Virus record (IMG/VR): IMGVR_UViG_3300044912_000713
Source of the DNA: an uncultured virus (IMG/VR IMGVR_UViG_3300044912_000713)
Taxonomy: Duplodnaviria; Heunggongvirae; Uroviricota; Caudoviricetes
DNA length: 64,000 nt
Direction: 5' to 3' (one strand)
Shown: piece by piece, positions 36,543-45,933 of the stretch
How positions within the stretch are numbered: position 1 is the first letter of the stretch
How the letters are laid out: every line of letters begins with the position of its first letter
Made by a program: the position numbers and the translations under genes
Notes under the pieces: model-generated
Database searches by the model: none
What the model was told of the DNA's origin: nothing
Seen by the model: only the letters and a program-made list of their open reading frames with translations

Positions 36543-39500
36543 ATGCCATACAGCAACATAACGATAACGACCGCCACCGGACTTAGCTTCAAACCGAACG
36601 ACTTCGTCCAGCTGAGCAACAGCGCCACGGTGTACATCATCGGGCGCGTCGTTTCGTACGCCTCCGGTACGGGGGTGATGGTGGTGACGCCATACTACTT
36701 CGAGGGCACGGCGGGAACGTACTCCACCTGGGACGTGGCCCTCGCGGGCGCCTTCGGCACTTCCGGAACCTCGGGAGGGGCGGCGACCTCGGGGTCGGCC
36801 GGACAGTCCAACTCGTCGGGAACGGCGGGGACCTCCGGCTCCTCGGCATCGTCGGGCAGCTCGGGGACTTCGGGAACCAACGGCTCGTCCGCCTCTGCGG
36901 GCTCCAACGGCACCTCGGGAAGCTCGGGCCTTGACGGCTCGAGGGGAAGCTCCGGGACCTCCGGCACGAACGGCAGCTCCGGAACCTCCGGGGCCTCCGG
37001 CAGCACCGGCAGCTCGGGAACCTCTGGCACGTCTTTCGGCACCTCCGGCACCGACGGCAGCTCCGGCGCCAGCGCGACCTCCGGGTCGTCGGGAACGTCG
37101 GGCTCGAACGCCGTGTCGGGACTCGGGGGCGGAACCTCCGGCACCTCCGGCAGCAGCGGGACCACCGGCTCTTCGGGAGTTGCCTCCGGCTCCGGCTCGT
37201 CAGGAACCAGCTTCGGGACGTCGGGAACCTCCGGCTCCTCGGCCAGCTCCGGCACGTCCGGGTCCAACGGCAGCTCAGGCAGCTCGGGCACCTCCGGCAA
37301 GAACATATTTTTTTCCACCAACGGGACCTCCGGCTCCGCCGGCACCTCCGGCGCTTCAGGCGCGAGCGGGGCGTCGTCCACGTCGGGGTCCTCGGGACTC
37401 AGCGGCGGCAACGGGGTGGCGGGAAACAGCGGGGCGTCGGCCACCGCGGGCTCCTCCGGCACGTCGGCCTCCTCCGGGGCGGGACAGTCGAACGGCTCCA
37501 ACGGGACCAACGGCAGCTCGGGCACCAACGGGACCAACGGCTCGTCCGGAACGGCGGGCTCCTCCGGGGCGGCGGGCGCTTCCGGGGCGTCCGGCACGAA
37601 CGGCAGCTCAGGCACCTCGGGCATAACCAGCTACGGGCAGGTCAACTACCAGATTTGGTCGGTGAACGGCGGTACGGGCTCCACCAGCCAGTACGGGGCA
37701 TACCCCACCAGCGCAAACAACTTCGACAACTGGTTCAACAGCACCAACAGCAACTCCGTGAGATATTCTACCGGCGTGTCCGTTCCATCGGTCATCCTTG
37801 ACTTCGGTTCATGGACCACGCTCACGAACGCCGGAATAACCATACCACCCACCGGCGGCGATTACATCGCCGTCATCGTCAACTGCACCTTCAAGGCCAG
37901 CGAGACGGGCACCTACACCTTCACCGCGGAGTCGGACGACTCGGTGGACCTCTTCATCGGGGGCACCAACGTCGTCAGCTTCTACGGGGGGCGCGGCATT
38001 TCCCCTCTCGGAACAACAACCGGAACCATAAGCCTGACCGCCGGCACCTCCTACACCATGCGCGTGCGCATGCAGGAGTACGCGGGCGGGGAGGGACTTC
38101 AAATTTTCTGGAAGAAGCCATCGCAGAGCGCGGGAAGCACCTGGTACCAGAACCTGGACGAGATTCTCTCCAGCGTCTCCAGCGGCAGCTCCGGAACCTC
38201 CGGCAGCTCGGGAACGAGCGGCAGCGCCGGGAACGCGGGGGTCAGCGGCTCCTCGGGGACGTCCGGGACGTCCGGCACCAACGGCACCTCCGGGAGCTCG
38301 GGGGCGGCGGCCACCAACGGCGTCAGCGGGGTCAGCGGCAACGCGGGCGCCTCGGGAACCTCCGGGTCCAGCGGGACGTCGGGGTCGATAGGAAACCGCG
38401 GCAGCTCGGGAACGAGCGGCGTCTCGGGCGGCAGCGGCGCGAACGGCTCCTCCGGGGCCAACGGCGTGGCGGGAGGCAACGGCGTGTCGGGGGGAAGCGG
38501 CTCGAACGGCTCCTCCGGGGCCAACGGCGTGCCCGGGGCGAACGCCACCAGCGGCTCGTCGGGACTCTCCGGGAACAACGGGGCTCCGGGCGGCAGCGGC
38601 ACCTCGACGGGCAGCGGCTCCTCGGGACTCAGCGGGTCCAGCGGCATATCCAGCTCCAACGGCACCTCCGGAAGCTCCGGACAGAACGGGGCAACCGGGG
38701 CGACGGGCTCCTCCGGGGTCAGCGGCGCCAACGGCGCGGGCGGCTCCAGCGGGACGTCCGGGGTGCTATGCGCCTCCACATTCGTATTATGCTGCACTTC
38801 GAGCGCGTTCCCCTGCACATGTTCCCCGACCCTAACCGGCTTAATCTGCCAATCGGTGGGGTTCGGGAAATTTGCTTATTTCAATACCGGAACCCGCACC
38901 GTCATGACCGGGGGCACTTACTCGTACGTTCACGGGGGTAATGACTCGGCGATTCTCGGGGGATGCAAGGCCTCGACCTACATAAGCGCAGTCTGCAATT
39001 CGGTGGTGGCCGGAGGCGGAAACAATAAAATAGAGTCCGGCGCGGAGGGCGCCGTCATACCGGGGGGAAGGTGCAACCTCATCAACGCGGGAAACCACAA
39101 CGTGGTGGCCGGTTGCTACAGCTGCTCGGTGGGCTACTCCGTCACTGTCACGCTGGGACCATCGCAAATCATGGCCGGAGATGCCAGGACACTGGTCGAG
39201 GAGCTGGTAAAGGCCAGCGGAACCTTCGCCATACCGCACCCGGACCCGCAGAAGCGCGACACGCACCAGCTGCGGCACAGCTTCGTCGAGAGCCCCACGG
39301 CGGGCGACAACATGTACCGCTACAGGGTGAGCGCGGCCGACTGCCACGCGGTGATTTCGCTGCCCGACTACTTCAGGTTCCTCAACCGCGACGTGCAGGT
39401 GCACGTGCAGCCGAGCGGGCACACCGCCAGGGCCTACGCCAGGGTTTCCACAGACTGCACGACCGTGGAGCTGTTCTCGGAAGGGGATGGCAACTACGAC

Positions 39501-39581
39501 CTGCTCGTGATGGGCACCAGGAACGACGACTTCGCAAGGCGCTTCTGGAAGGGGACGGAGCGCATAATAGAGAACGAATGA
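36543..39581 (+). CDS. Gly-X-Y fibre protein B with PA14 domain and conserved C-terminal domain
   Basis: GTYTF...SDDSVDLFIGG...EYAGG..L...W (PA14); C-terminal F.IPHP...H..VESP..G...YR. Confidence 0.85.
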   Translation: MPYSNITITTATGLSFKPNDFVQLSNSATVYIIGRVVSYASGTGVMVVTPYYFEGTAGTYSTWDVALAGAFGTSGTSGGAATSGSAGQSNSSGTAGTSGSSASSGSSGTSGTNGSSASAGSNGTSGSSGLDGSRGSSGTSGTNGSSGTSGASGSTGSSGTSGTSFGTSGTDGSSGASATSGSSGTSGSNAVSGLGGGTSGTSGSSGTTGSSGVASGSGSSGTSFGTSGTSGSSASSGTSGSNGSSGSSGTSGKNIFFSTNGTSGSAGTSGASGASGASSTSGSSGLSGGNGVAGNSGASATAGSSGTSASSGAGQSNGSNGTNGSSGTNGTNGSSGTAGSSGAAGASGASGTNGSSGTSGITSYGQVNYQIWSVNGGTGSTSQYGAYPTSANNFDNWFNSTNSNSVRYSTGVSVPSVILDFGSWTTLTNAGITIPPTGGDYIAVIVNCTFKASETGTYTFTAESDDSVDLFIGGTNVVSFYGGRGISPLGTTTGTISLTAGTSYTMRVRMQEYAGGEGLQIFWKKPSQSAGSTWYQNLDEILSSVSSGSSGTSGSSGTSGSAGNAGVSGSSGTSGTSGTNGTSGSSGAAATNGVSGVSGNAGASGTSGSSGTSGSIGNRGSSGTSGVSGGSGANGSSGANGVAGGNGVSGGSGSNGSSGANGVPGANATSGSSGLSGNNGAPGGSGTSTGSGSSGLSGSSGISSSNGTSGSSGQNGATGATGSSGVSGANGAGGSSGTSGVLCASTFVLCCTSSAFPCTCSPTLTGLICQSVGFGKFAYFNTGTRTVMTGGTYSYVHGGNDSAILGGCKASTYISAVCNSVVAGGGNNKIESGAEGAVIPGGRCNLINAGNHNVVAGCYSCSVGYSVTVTLGPSQIMAGDARTLVEELVKASGTFAIPHPDPQKRDTHQLRHSFVESPTAGDNMYRYRVSAADCHAVISLPDYFRFLNRDVQVHVQPSGHTARAYARVSTDCTTVELFSEGDGNYDLLVMGTRNDDFARRFWKGTERIIENE

Positions 39582-39606
39582 AATTGAAACATAAAAAACA
39601 AATCAC

Positions 39607-39960
39607 ATGCTAATAGCCAGAATCAATCCGCCCGCCAAGAGGATTATCCAGACAGGACCCTTCGAGACGAAGGAGTTCACCGGCGACCTGATGATACTTC
39701 GATGCGAGAAGCTCACCGTCGGCGCCAACGAGAACATCGAAATCGAGGTGAGGTTCGGAAACGTCAAGTACGAGAATAAGCTCGACGGCTCGCAGGGAAA
39801 GGCGCTCTTCGACAAGGTGTACCGCATGAAGGTGGACCTGACCCAGCAGGAGGCCGCGGGATGGGGAACCGACGACTCGGTCCTCTACGACATCGTCGCC
39901 CAGAAGCTGGGACTCTCCGTGACAGAAAAGATTGAGATAGACCTGCCATTCAACACCTGA
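39607..39960 (+). CDS. Hypothetical protein within the fibre cluster
   Basis: Coupled ORF between fibres B and C. Confidence 0.7.
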   Translation: MLIARINPPAKRIIQTGPFETKEFTGDLMILRCEKLTVGANENIEIEVRFGNVKYENKLDGSQGKALFDKVYRMKVDLTQQEAAGWGTDDSVLYDIVAQKLGLSVTEKIEIDLPFNT

Positions 39961-42497
39961 TGCCCTACGCCAACCTCTCCATAACAATATCGACCGGACT
40001 GTCATACCAGCCCGGGGACTTCGTGCAGGTGAGCCACGACGCCTCCAACTACGTCGTTGGAGAGGTCGTGTCCTACAATCCCGCCAATGGGGCGCTGACC
40101 ATAGCGCCGACCCTGAGCGTGGGCTCCGGGACGTACGCGTCGTGGAGCGCCAACCTCACCGGCGCCAGCGGGACGCTGGGAACGTCGGGAACCGCGTCGA
40201 CCTCCGGCACCTCCGGAAGCTCGGGAACGGCGGGAACCTCCGCCAGCTCCGGCTCATCGGGAACCTCCGGCTCCTCCGGAATCGCCGCCACCTCCGGGTC
40301 GTCGGCGACCTCCGGCGCGTCGGGAACCTCCGGGTCGTCGGCCAGCTCCGGCACCTCCGGGGCAAGCGCCTCCAGCGCCACTTCCGGGGCCAGCGCCACC
40401 AGCGCGACCTCCGGCAGCAGCGGCTCGTCCGCCAGCTCCGGCTCCAGCGGGGGTTCGAACGCAACGTCCGGCACGTCCGGAACGGCGGGCTCGGCGGGCG
40501 TCTCGGGAAGCTCCGGCTCATCGGGAACCACGGGAACCAACGGGCAGGCGAACGGCACCTCCGGGGCGTCCGGGACCTCAGGGTCCTCCGGCACATCCGG
40601 AAGCTCCGGCACGTCGGGCTCGTCGGGGGTGGCGAACGCCACCTCTGGCTCGAGCGGTCTCAGCGGGGCGAGCGGCAGCAACGGCACTAACGGGCAGAGC
40701 GGCTCCTCCGGCACCAGCGGGGTCGGGGGCACGTCTGGCAGCTCGGGCATCTCGGCGACGTCTGGAAGCGCGGGAACCTCAGGGGCTCCCGGGGCCTCCG
40801 GAACCAGCGGCTCGACCGGGACAAACGGGACCTCGGGAAGCTCCGGGGTGGCCGGGTCCAACGGGACCTCCGGCAGCTCCGGCACCTCCGGCTCGTCGGG
40901 CACGGGGGGGACCTCGGGCGTCTCCGGACTATCGCGCACGTCGGGCTCGTCGGGAACGTCGGGCACGTCGGGGACCTCCGGCAGCGCCGGGACGGGCGGG
41001 GCCTCCGGCTCTTCCGGCACGTCGGCGACCTCCGGCAGCGCGGGGACCAACGGCACGTCGGGCTCCAGCGGGGCCAGCTCCTCGTCGGGAAGCTCCGGAA
41101 CGTCCGGAACGGCGGGTACGAAGGGCACGTCCGCGTCAAGCGGGCTGTCCGCCGCGTCGGGAACCAGCGCGACGTCGGGAAGCTCCGGCACGTCCGGAAG
41201 CAGCGGAACCTCGGGGGCCGCGGGCGGCTCCGGGGCGAACGGCACGTCCGGGACCTCCGGGACGAACGGGACCAACGGGACCTCCGGCTCCAACGGGACG
41301 AGCGGAAACGCGGGGGCGTCGGGCTCCTCGGGAAGCAACGGGACATCCGGCTCGAACGGGGTCAGCCGCAGCTCGGGGACCAGCGGGACCTCCGGAACGA
41401 ACGGGGCGGCGGGCGCGCCAGGCGTCAGCCGCAGCTCGGGGACGAGCGGAACCTCCGGGACGACGGGAGGCTCGGGGGTGGCGAGGAGCTCGGGAACGTC
41501 CGGCAGCTCGGGACAGAACGGCGCGTCGTCGACCAGCGGGACATCCGGGGTGAACGGCGCGAACGGCGCTCCCGGGACCTCCGGGACCAGCGGCGCGACG
41601 GGAGGGGCGGGGGCGAACGGCTCCAGCGGCTTCACCAACGCGACATGCCACCCATACCCCTGCTCCACGAACTGCCAGGTGCTCGACTGCCTCGGCAGCA
41701 ACTCGGTATACGTCACCAACCAGTACCACGCCGTGTGGGGAGGAGCGCTGAACTACGTATGCTCGGGAAACAGGTCGAACATAATACTCGGGGGGAGGGC
41801 CAACTGCATATACTGTGAAGCTAACGCCGCCACCAACGCGTACAACGTGATAGCGGGGGGGAGCGCCAATCGCATCTGCAGCGCCGTAGCCATCACCTGC
41901 TTCCCCAGCCTGTACAACGTAATCCTCGGCGGGGAGAATAGCTACATCCGCTCGGCCAACGGGTGCGCCTATGCAAACGTAGTAATGGGAGGGAAGGGCA
42001 ACATAATAAACCGTAGGTCCTTCAGCGCGGCGATGGGAGACTCCATCACAATCGGGGGAAACTTCTCCTTCGGATTCGGCGCGACGAAGACGGTCCTGAG
42101 GAACACCGCCCACTTCGACGCAATAGAGAAGACGACGAACAACTTCAGGATACCGCACCCAAACCCGTGCATGCGGGCCACGCACCACCTCATACATACC
42201 TCGGTGGAGTCGCCCACGGCTGGAGACACCCTGTACAGGTACGACGCGACCACGGTCGGCGGAAGGGCCACGATTGAGCTCCCCGGATACTTCATCCACC
42301 TCAACGAGAGGCCCCAGGTGTGGACGACCCCGACCGACAACTTCGGCTCGGCGTTCGGCACCATTTCCGGCGACATGAAGAGCATAGAGCTGTACTCGGA
42401 CGTCGACGGAACCTTCCACGTCCTCGTCGTCGCCACCAGGAAGGACTTCGACGGCGTCAATGCGTGGAGGGGAGCGGAGACACTAAAACCACTGTAG
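39960..42497 (+). CDS. Gly-X-Y fibre protein C (paralog of B and D)
   Basis: Shared N-terminal GLS...DFVQ...G.VVSY domain and C-terminal IPHP/VESP domain. Confidence 0.85.
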   Translation: MPYANLSITISTGLSYQPGDFVQVSHDASNYVVGEVVSYNPANGALTIAPTLSVGSGTYASWSANLTGASGTLGTSGTASTSGTSGSSGTAGTSASSGSSGTSGSSGIAATSGSSATSGASGTSGSSASSGTSGASASSATSGASATSATSGSSGSSASSGSSGGSNATSGTSGTAGSAGVSGSSGSSGTTGTNGQANGTSGASGTSGSSGTSGSSGTSGSSGVANATSGSSGLSGASGSNGTNGQSGSSGTSGVGGTSGSSGISATSGSAGTSGAPGASGTSGSTGTNGTSGSSGVAGSNGTSGSSGTSGSSGTGGTSGVSGLSRTSGSSGTSGTSGTSGSAGTGGASGSSGTSATSGSAGTNGTSGSSGASSSSGSSGTSGTAGTKGTSASSGLSAASGTSATSGSSGTSGSSGTSGAAGGSGANGTSGTSGTNGTNGTSGSNGTSGNAGASGSSGSNGTSGSNGVSRSSGTSGTSGTNGAAGAPGVSRSSGTSGTSGTTGGSGVARSSGTSGSSGQNGASSTSGTSGVNGANGAPGTSGTSGATGGAGANGSSGFTNATCHPYPCSTNCQVLDCLGSNSVYVTNQYHAVWGGALNYVCSGNRSNIILGGRANCIYCEANAATNAYNVIAGGSANRICSAVAITCFPSLYNVILGGENSYIRSANGCAYANVVMGGKGNIINRRSFSAAMGDSITIGGNFSFGFGATKTVLRNTAHFDAIEKTTNNFRIPHPNPCMRATHHLIHTSVESPTAGDTLYRYDATTVGGRATIELPGYFIHLNERPQVWTTPTDNFGSAFGTISGDMKSIELYSDVDGTFHVLVVATRKDFDGVNAWRGAETLKPL

Positions 42498-42504
42498 AAA
42501 GATA

Positions 42505-45024
42505 ATGCCATTCAGCAACGTCACCATAACGACCCAGACAGGACTGTCGCTCAAGGCGAAGGACTTCGTCCAGCTGTACTACGACGCCAGCACCACCATC
42601 TACGGAAGGGTGGTCTCCTACAACCCCTCGAACGGAACGCTGGTGTACACGCCGCTCTCGTTCCAGGGGGCGAGCGGAACCTACTCGAGCTGGAACATCG
42701 ACATGAGCGGGATGCACGGCAGCTCCGGGACCTCGGGAACCTCCGGGGCCTCCGGGACTACCGGCACCTCGGGGAACTCTTCTTCCTCCGGCCTATCCGG
42801 CACCTCCGGGACGTCGGGCAGCTCGGGGACCGCGGCATCTTCCGGGACCTCGGCCACGGCCGGCAGCTCGGGAAGCTCCGGCACCGGCGCCGTGAGCGGC
42901 ACCTCGGGCGTATCCGGCACCTCGGCGTCCAACGGCGCGGGGGGAACGTCGGGCTCGTCCGGGGTATCCGGCACCGCGGGAAGCTCCGGCACCACCGGAA
43001 CGTCGGCGGTCTCCGGGACATCGGGCTCCAACGGGACCTCGGGCAGCTCGGGGGCGAGCGGAAGCTCGGCCACATCAGGGACCTCGGGGACGAGGGGAAC
43101 GGACGGCTCGTCCGGGGTATCAGGCACATCGACCGCGTCGGGCAGCTCAGGCAGTTCGGGCACGCAGGGGACGTCCGGGGTTTCGGGAACGTCCGGCTCC
43201 AACGGCACCTCCGCGGTGTCGGGCACGTCCGGCAGCAGCGGGGTCAGCGGGACGTCGGGGACCTCAGGGGTTTCCGGGTCGTCGGGCACGGCGGGAAGCT
43301 CCGGCACATCCGCCACCGGCGGCAGCGCCGGGACATCGGGCACCAGCGGCGTCAGCGCGACGTCCGGCTCATCCGGCACCTCCGGGGCCAACGGGAGCTC
43401 GGGGAGCTCGGGAAACTCCACCGGAAGCGGCGTGAGCGGCACCTCGGGAAGCTCCGGCACGTCCGGGGTCATCGGGGCCTCGGGCGCCTCGGCGCTGAGC
43501 GGCGCAAGCTCCACCTCGGGCTCGTCCGGAACGAACGGCAGCAGCGGAACGTCGGCGGCTTCAAGCGCCAGCCAGACCAGCGCCACCTCCGGCTCTTCCG
43601 GGACTTCGGGGAGCGCGGGCGCGAGCCAGCAGTCCGCCGCGTCGGGAAGCTCGGGACTGTCGGGCGGCAGCGGGGCCAGCGGCGTCGCCGGAGGCAGCGG
43701 CGTCTCCACCGGCAGTGGAAGCTCGGGGACATCGGGAATCTCATCAACGAACGGCAGCTCGGGCACCAACGGCTCGTCGGGCCAGAGCGGGGCCAACGGG
43801 ACGACGGGAACCAACGGCAGCAGCGGCAGCTCGGGCAGCAACGGCAGCTCGGGCACCAGCGGCGTCAGCGCGACGTCCGGCTCATCCGGCACCTCCGGGA
43901 CGGCGGGGGTGAGCGGCGGCAGCGGGTTCTCGGCACCCAACGGCTCAAACGGGACGTCGGGCACGTCGGGCACGTCCGGCCTCAGCGCGACATCGGGCTC
44001 AGGGGGCACCTCCGGCAGCAACGGGACGTCCGGCACGTCCGGTACGACGGGGACGAACGGATTTCCGAACCTGGGAAGGGGGACATCCGGAACCAGCGGC
44101 AACGCGGGCGGCGCCGGCGGAAACGGGAGCTCCGGGACCAGCGGGGCTGCGGGCGCGGCGGGCTCTTCCGGAACGAGCCCCAACCCCCCATTCATATTCT
44201 CCACCGCCACGACGGGCGGAAACCTGATAATACCGACATTCTCCTCGACGGTACTGCAGGCGGGCGAGTGCGACTCCATAATAATAGGAGGGGACGGAAA
44301 CCAGATGTACGGCAGCTGCTCCGTGGTGGCGGCGGGTTACTGCAACTGCGCAGGGGGAGGAAGGGACGTCCTCGTCGGAGGGCGGTTCAACTGTACACGC
44401 AAGATGCCTACGACCTGCGACAACTGGAACGTGATAATGGGCGGATTCTGCAACAGGATGTCCTGCTGCGCGAACCACAGCACGATACTGGGCTCGAGGT
44501 GCTCCTGCGTCGGAAACGTGGGCGTCTGCGTGTGCGCGGGCTGGGTGATGGGCTCGAGGGAGTCGTGCTCGAACTACAGCTGCTCCGGCGTTCTAGGTGC
44601 AAACACCTGCGCGGTGTCGGCGGCGTGCACCACTGCGTTCAACATAATAGACAAGAGCGCCGGCACCTTCTCGATACCGCATCCCGACCCGGAGAAGTCG
44701 CGTACGCACCTGCTCGTGCACGCCTTCGTCGAGAGTCCGACCGCGGGCGAAAACCTCTACCGCTTCGAGGTGGAAGTGGTGGACGGAAAGGGGGTGGGAC
44801 AGCTCCCCTCATACTTCAAACACGTCAACAGGGACGTGCAGTTCAAGATAACTCCCAAGGACTTCCATGGGATGGCGACGGCGAGCGTGGACGAGTCGTG
44901 GGATTCGTTCACGCTGACGGCAACGGCCGACGGAACCTACAACGTGCTCGTGATGGGAACGAGGACCGACAAGGGCGGGGTCAACAACTTCCTCGGTCCA
45001 GAGGTGCTCATTCCGCTGCAGTAG
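42505..45024 (+). CDS. Gly-X-Y fibre protein D (paralog of B and C)
   Basis: Same N- and C-terminal domains; Cys-rich GG.N repeats. Confidence 0.85.
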   Translation: MPFSNVTITTQTGLSLKAKDFVQLYYDASTTIYGRVVSYNPSNGTLVYTPLSFQGASGTYSSWNIDMSGMHGSSGTSGTSGASGTTGTSGNSSSSGLSGTSGTSGSSGTAASSGTSATAGSSGSSGTGAVSGTSGVSGTSASNGAGGTSGSSGVSGTAGSSGTTGTSAVSGTSGSNGTSGSSGASGSSATSGTSGTRGTDGSSGVSGTSTASGSSGSSGTQGTSGVSGTSGSNGTSAVSGTSGSSGVSGTSGTSGVSGSSGTAGSSGTSATGGSAGTSGTSGVSATSGSSGTSGANGSSGSSGNSTGSGVSGTSGSSGTSGVIGASGASALSGASSTSGSSGTNGSSGTSAASSASQTSATSGSSGTSGSAGASQQSAASGSSGLSGGSGASGVAGGSGVSTGSGSSGTSGISSTNGSSGTNGSSGQSGANGTTGTNGSSGSSGSNGSSGTSGVSATSGSSGTSGTAGVSGGSGFSAPNGSNGTSGTSGTSGLSATSGSGGTSGSNGTSGTSGTTGTNGFPNLGRGTSGTSGNAGGAGGNGSSGTSGAAGAAGSSGTSPNPPFIFSTATTGGNLIIPTFSSTVLQAGECDSIIIGGDGNQMYGSCSVVAAGYCNCAGGGRDVLVGGRFNCTRKMPTTCDNWNVIMGGFCNRMSCCANHSTILGSRCSCVGNVGVCVCAGWVMGSRESCSNYSCSGVLGANTCAVSAACTTAFNIIDKSAGTFSIPHPDPEKSRTHLLVHAFVESPTAGENLYRFEVEVVDGKGVGQLPSYFKHVNRDVQFKITPKDFHGMATASVDESWDSFTLTATADGTYNVLVMGTRTDKGGVNNFLGPEVLIPLQ

Positions 45025-45054
45025 CGCGCAAATCCGTATTTTAGCAAAAAAGCC

Positions 45055-45933
45055 ATGAAAAGAATCCTGACCATAAACGGGGGGATGGGAAAGTCGGTGT
45101 TCGCCACCGCCCTGTGCAACGGAATCAAGAAGGCGCATCCCAACGACCCCCTCTACGTTGCGACCGGATACCCGGACGTTTTCTCCGGCATCGAATCGGT
45201 GGACATGGCGCTCAGCCACGGCCACGAGTCGTACTTCTACGAGAGGTACATCGCCGACGGCGACTTCACCCTGTACGCGAACGAGCCATACCTCGTGTCG
45301 GAGCACGTAAGGTGCTCGGAGCACGTGCTTGCGAGCTGGTTCCGCCTCTGCGGAATAGACTACGCCGGAGAGCTTCCGCAAGTCAACATAAACTACAGGG
45401 AAAACCTATTCTACTCCAACAAGTTCGCGCCAAAGAGGCAGTACATGGTCATTCAGTCAAACGGCGGTCCGGCCGGCGACGTCGACCTGAAGTACAGCTG
45501 GGCTCGCGACATACCTACCGCGGTCGTCAGGGCCGTGGTGGAGGAGTTCTCCCCCCGGTACGACATATACCACATCAGGAAGGACAACCAGCTGTCTTAC
45601 GAGAAGACCATACCCGTGCAGGACAGCTACAAGGCCATCTGCTGGCTGCTGAAGAACAGCGACAAAAGGCTGCTTATGGACAGCTTCTGCCAGCACGCGG
45701 CGGCGGGAATGGGAAAGCGCTCCACTGTTCTGTGGATTGCGAACAAGCCGAACGTATTCGGATACGAGATACACGACAACGTGGTCGCGAACCCGGAGAC
45801 GAGGAAGCCGGACCTCAGGTCATCATTCCTGTCCAAGTACAACATATCCGGAGCCGTCAACGAGTTCCCCTACAACGACGAGTCGGAGATTTTCGATGTA
45901 AATAGGATTATAGACTCGATAAAGTCACAGTGA
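45055..45933 (+). CDS. GT9-like (GT-B) glycosyltransferase
   Basis: INGGMGK, MDSFCQHAAA, STVLW pattern. Confidence 0.65.
   Translation: MKRILTINGGMGKSVFATALCNGIKKAHPNDPLYVATGYPDVFSGIESVDMALSHGHESYFYERYIADGDFTLYANEPYLVSEHVRCSEHVLASWFRLCGIDYAGELPQVNINYRENLFYSNKFAPKRQYMVIQSNGGPAGDVDLKYSWARDIPTAVVRAVVEEFSPRYDIYHIRKDNQLSYEKTIPVQDSYKAICWLLKNSDKRLLMDSFCQHAAAGMGKRSTVLWIANKPNVFGYEIHDNVVANPETRKPDLRSSFLSKYNISGAVNEFPYNDESEIFDVNRIIDSIKSQ

Noticed and set aside
36505..36545. Readthrough or frameshift fusing fibre A to fibre B
   Set aside because: 35-nt gap, different frame, in-frame TAG at 36528 and no evident slippery site
31125..44279. Long minus-strand ORFs with VPELP/PDVP repeats
   Set aside because: Antisense shadows of the Gly/Ser/Thr repeat genes; no independent starts or domains
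31270..45024. Repeats as CRISPR array or satellite DNA
   Set aside because: Repeats are in-frame coding triplets with synonymous variation, with no constant repeat-spacer structure
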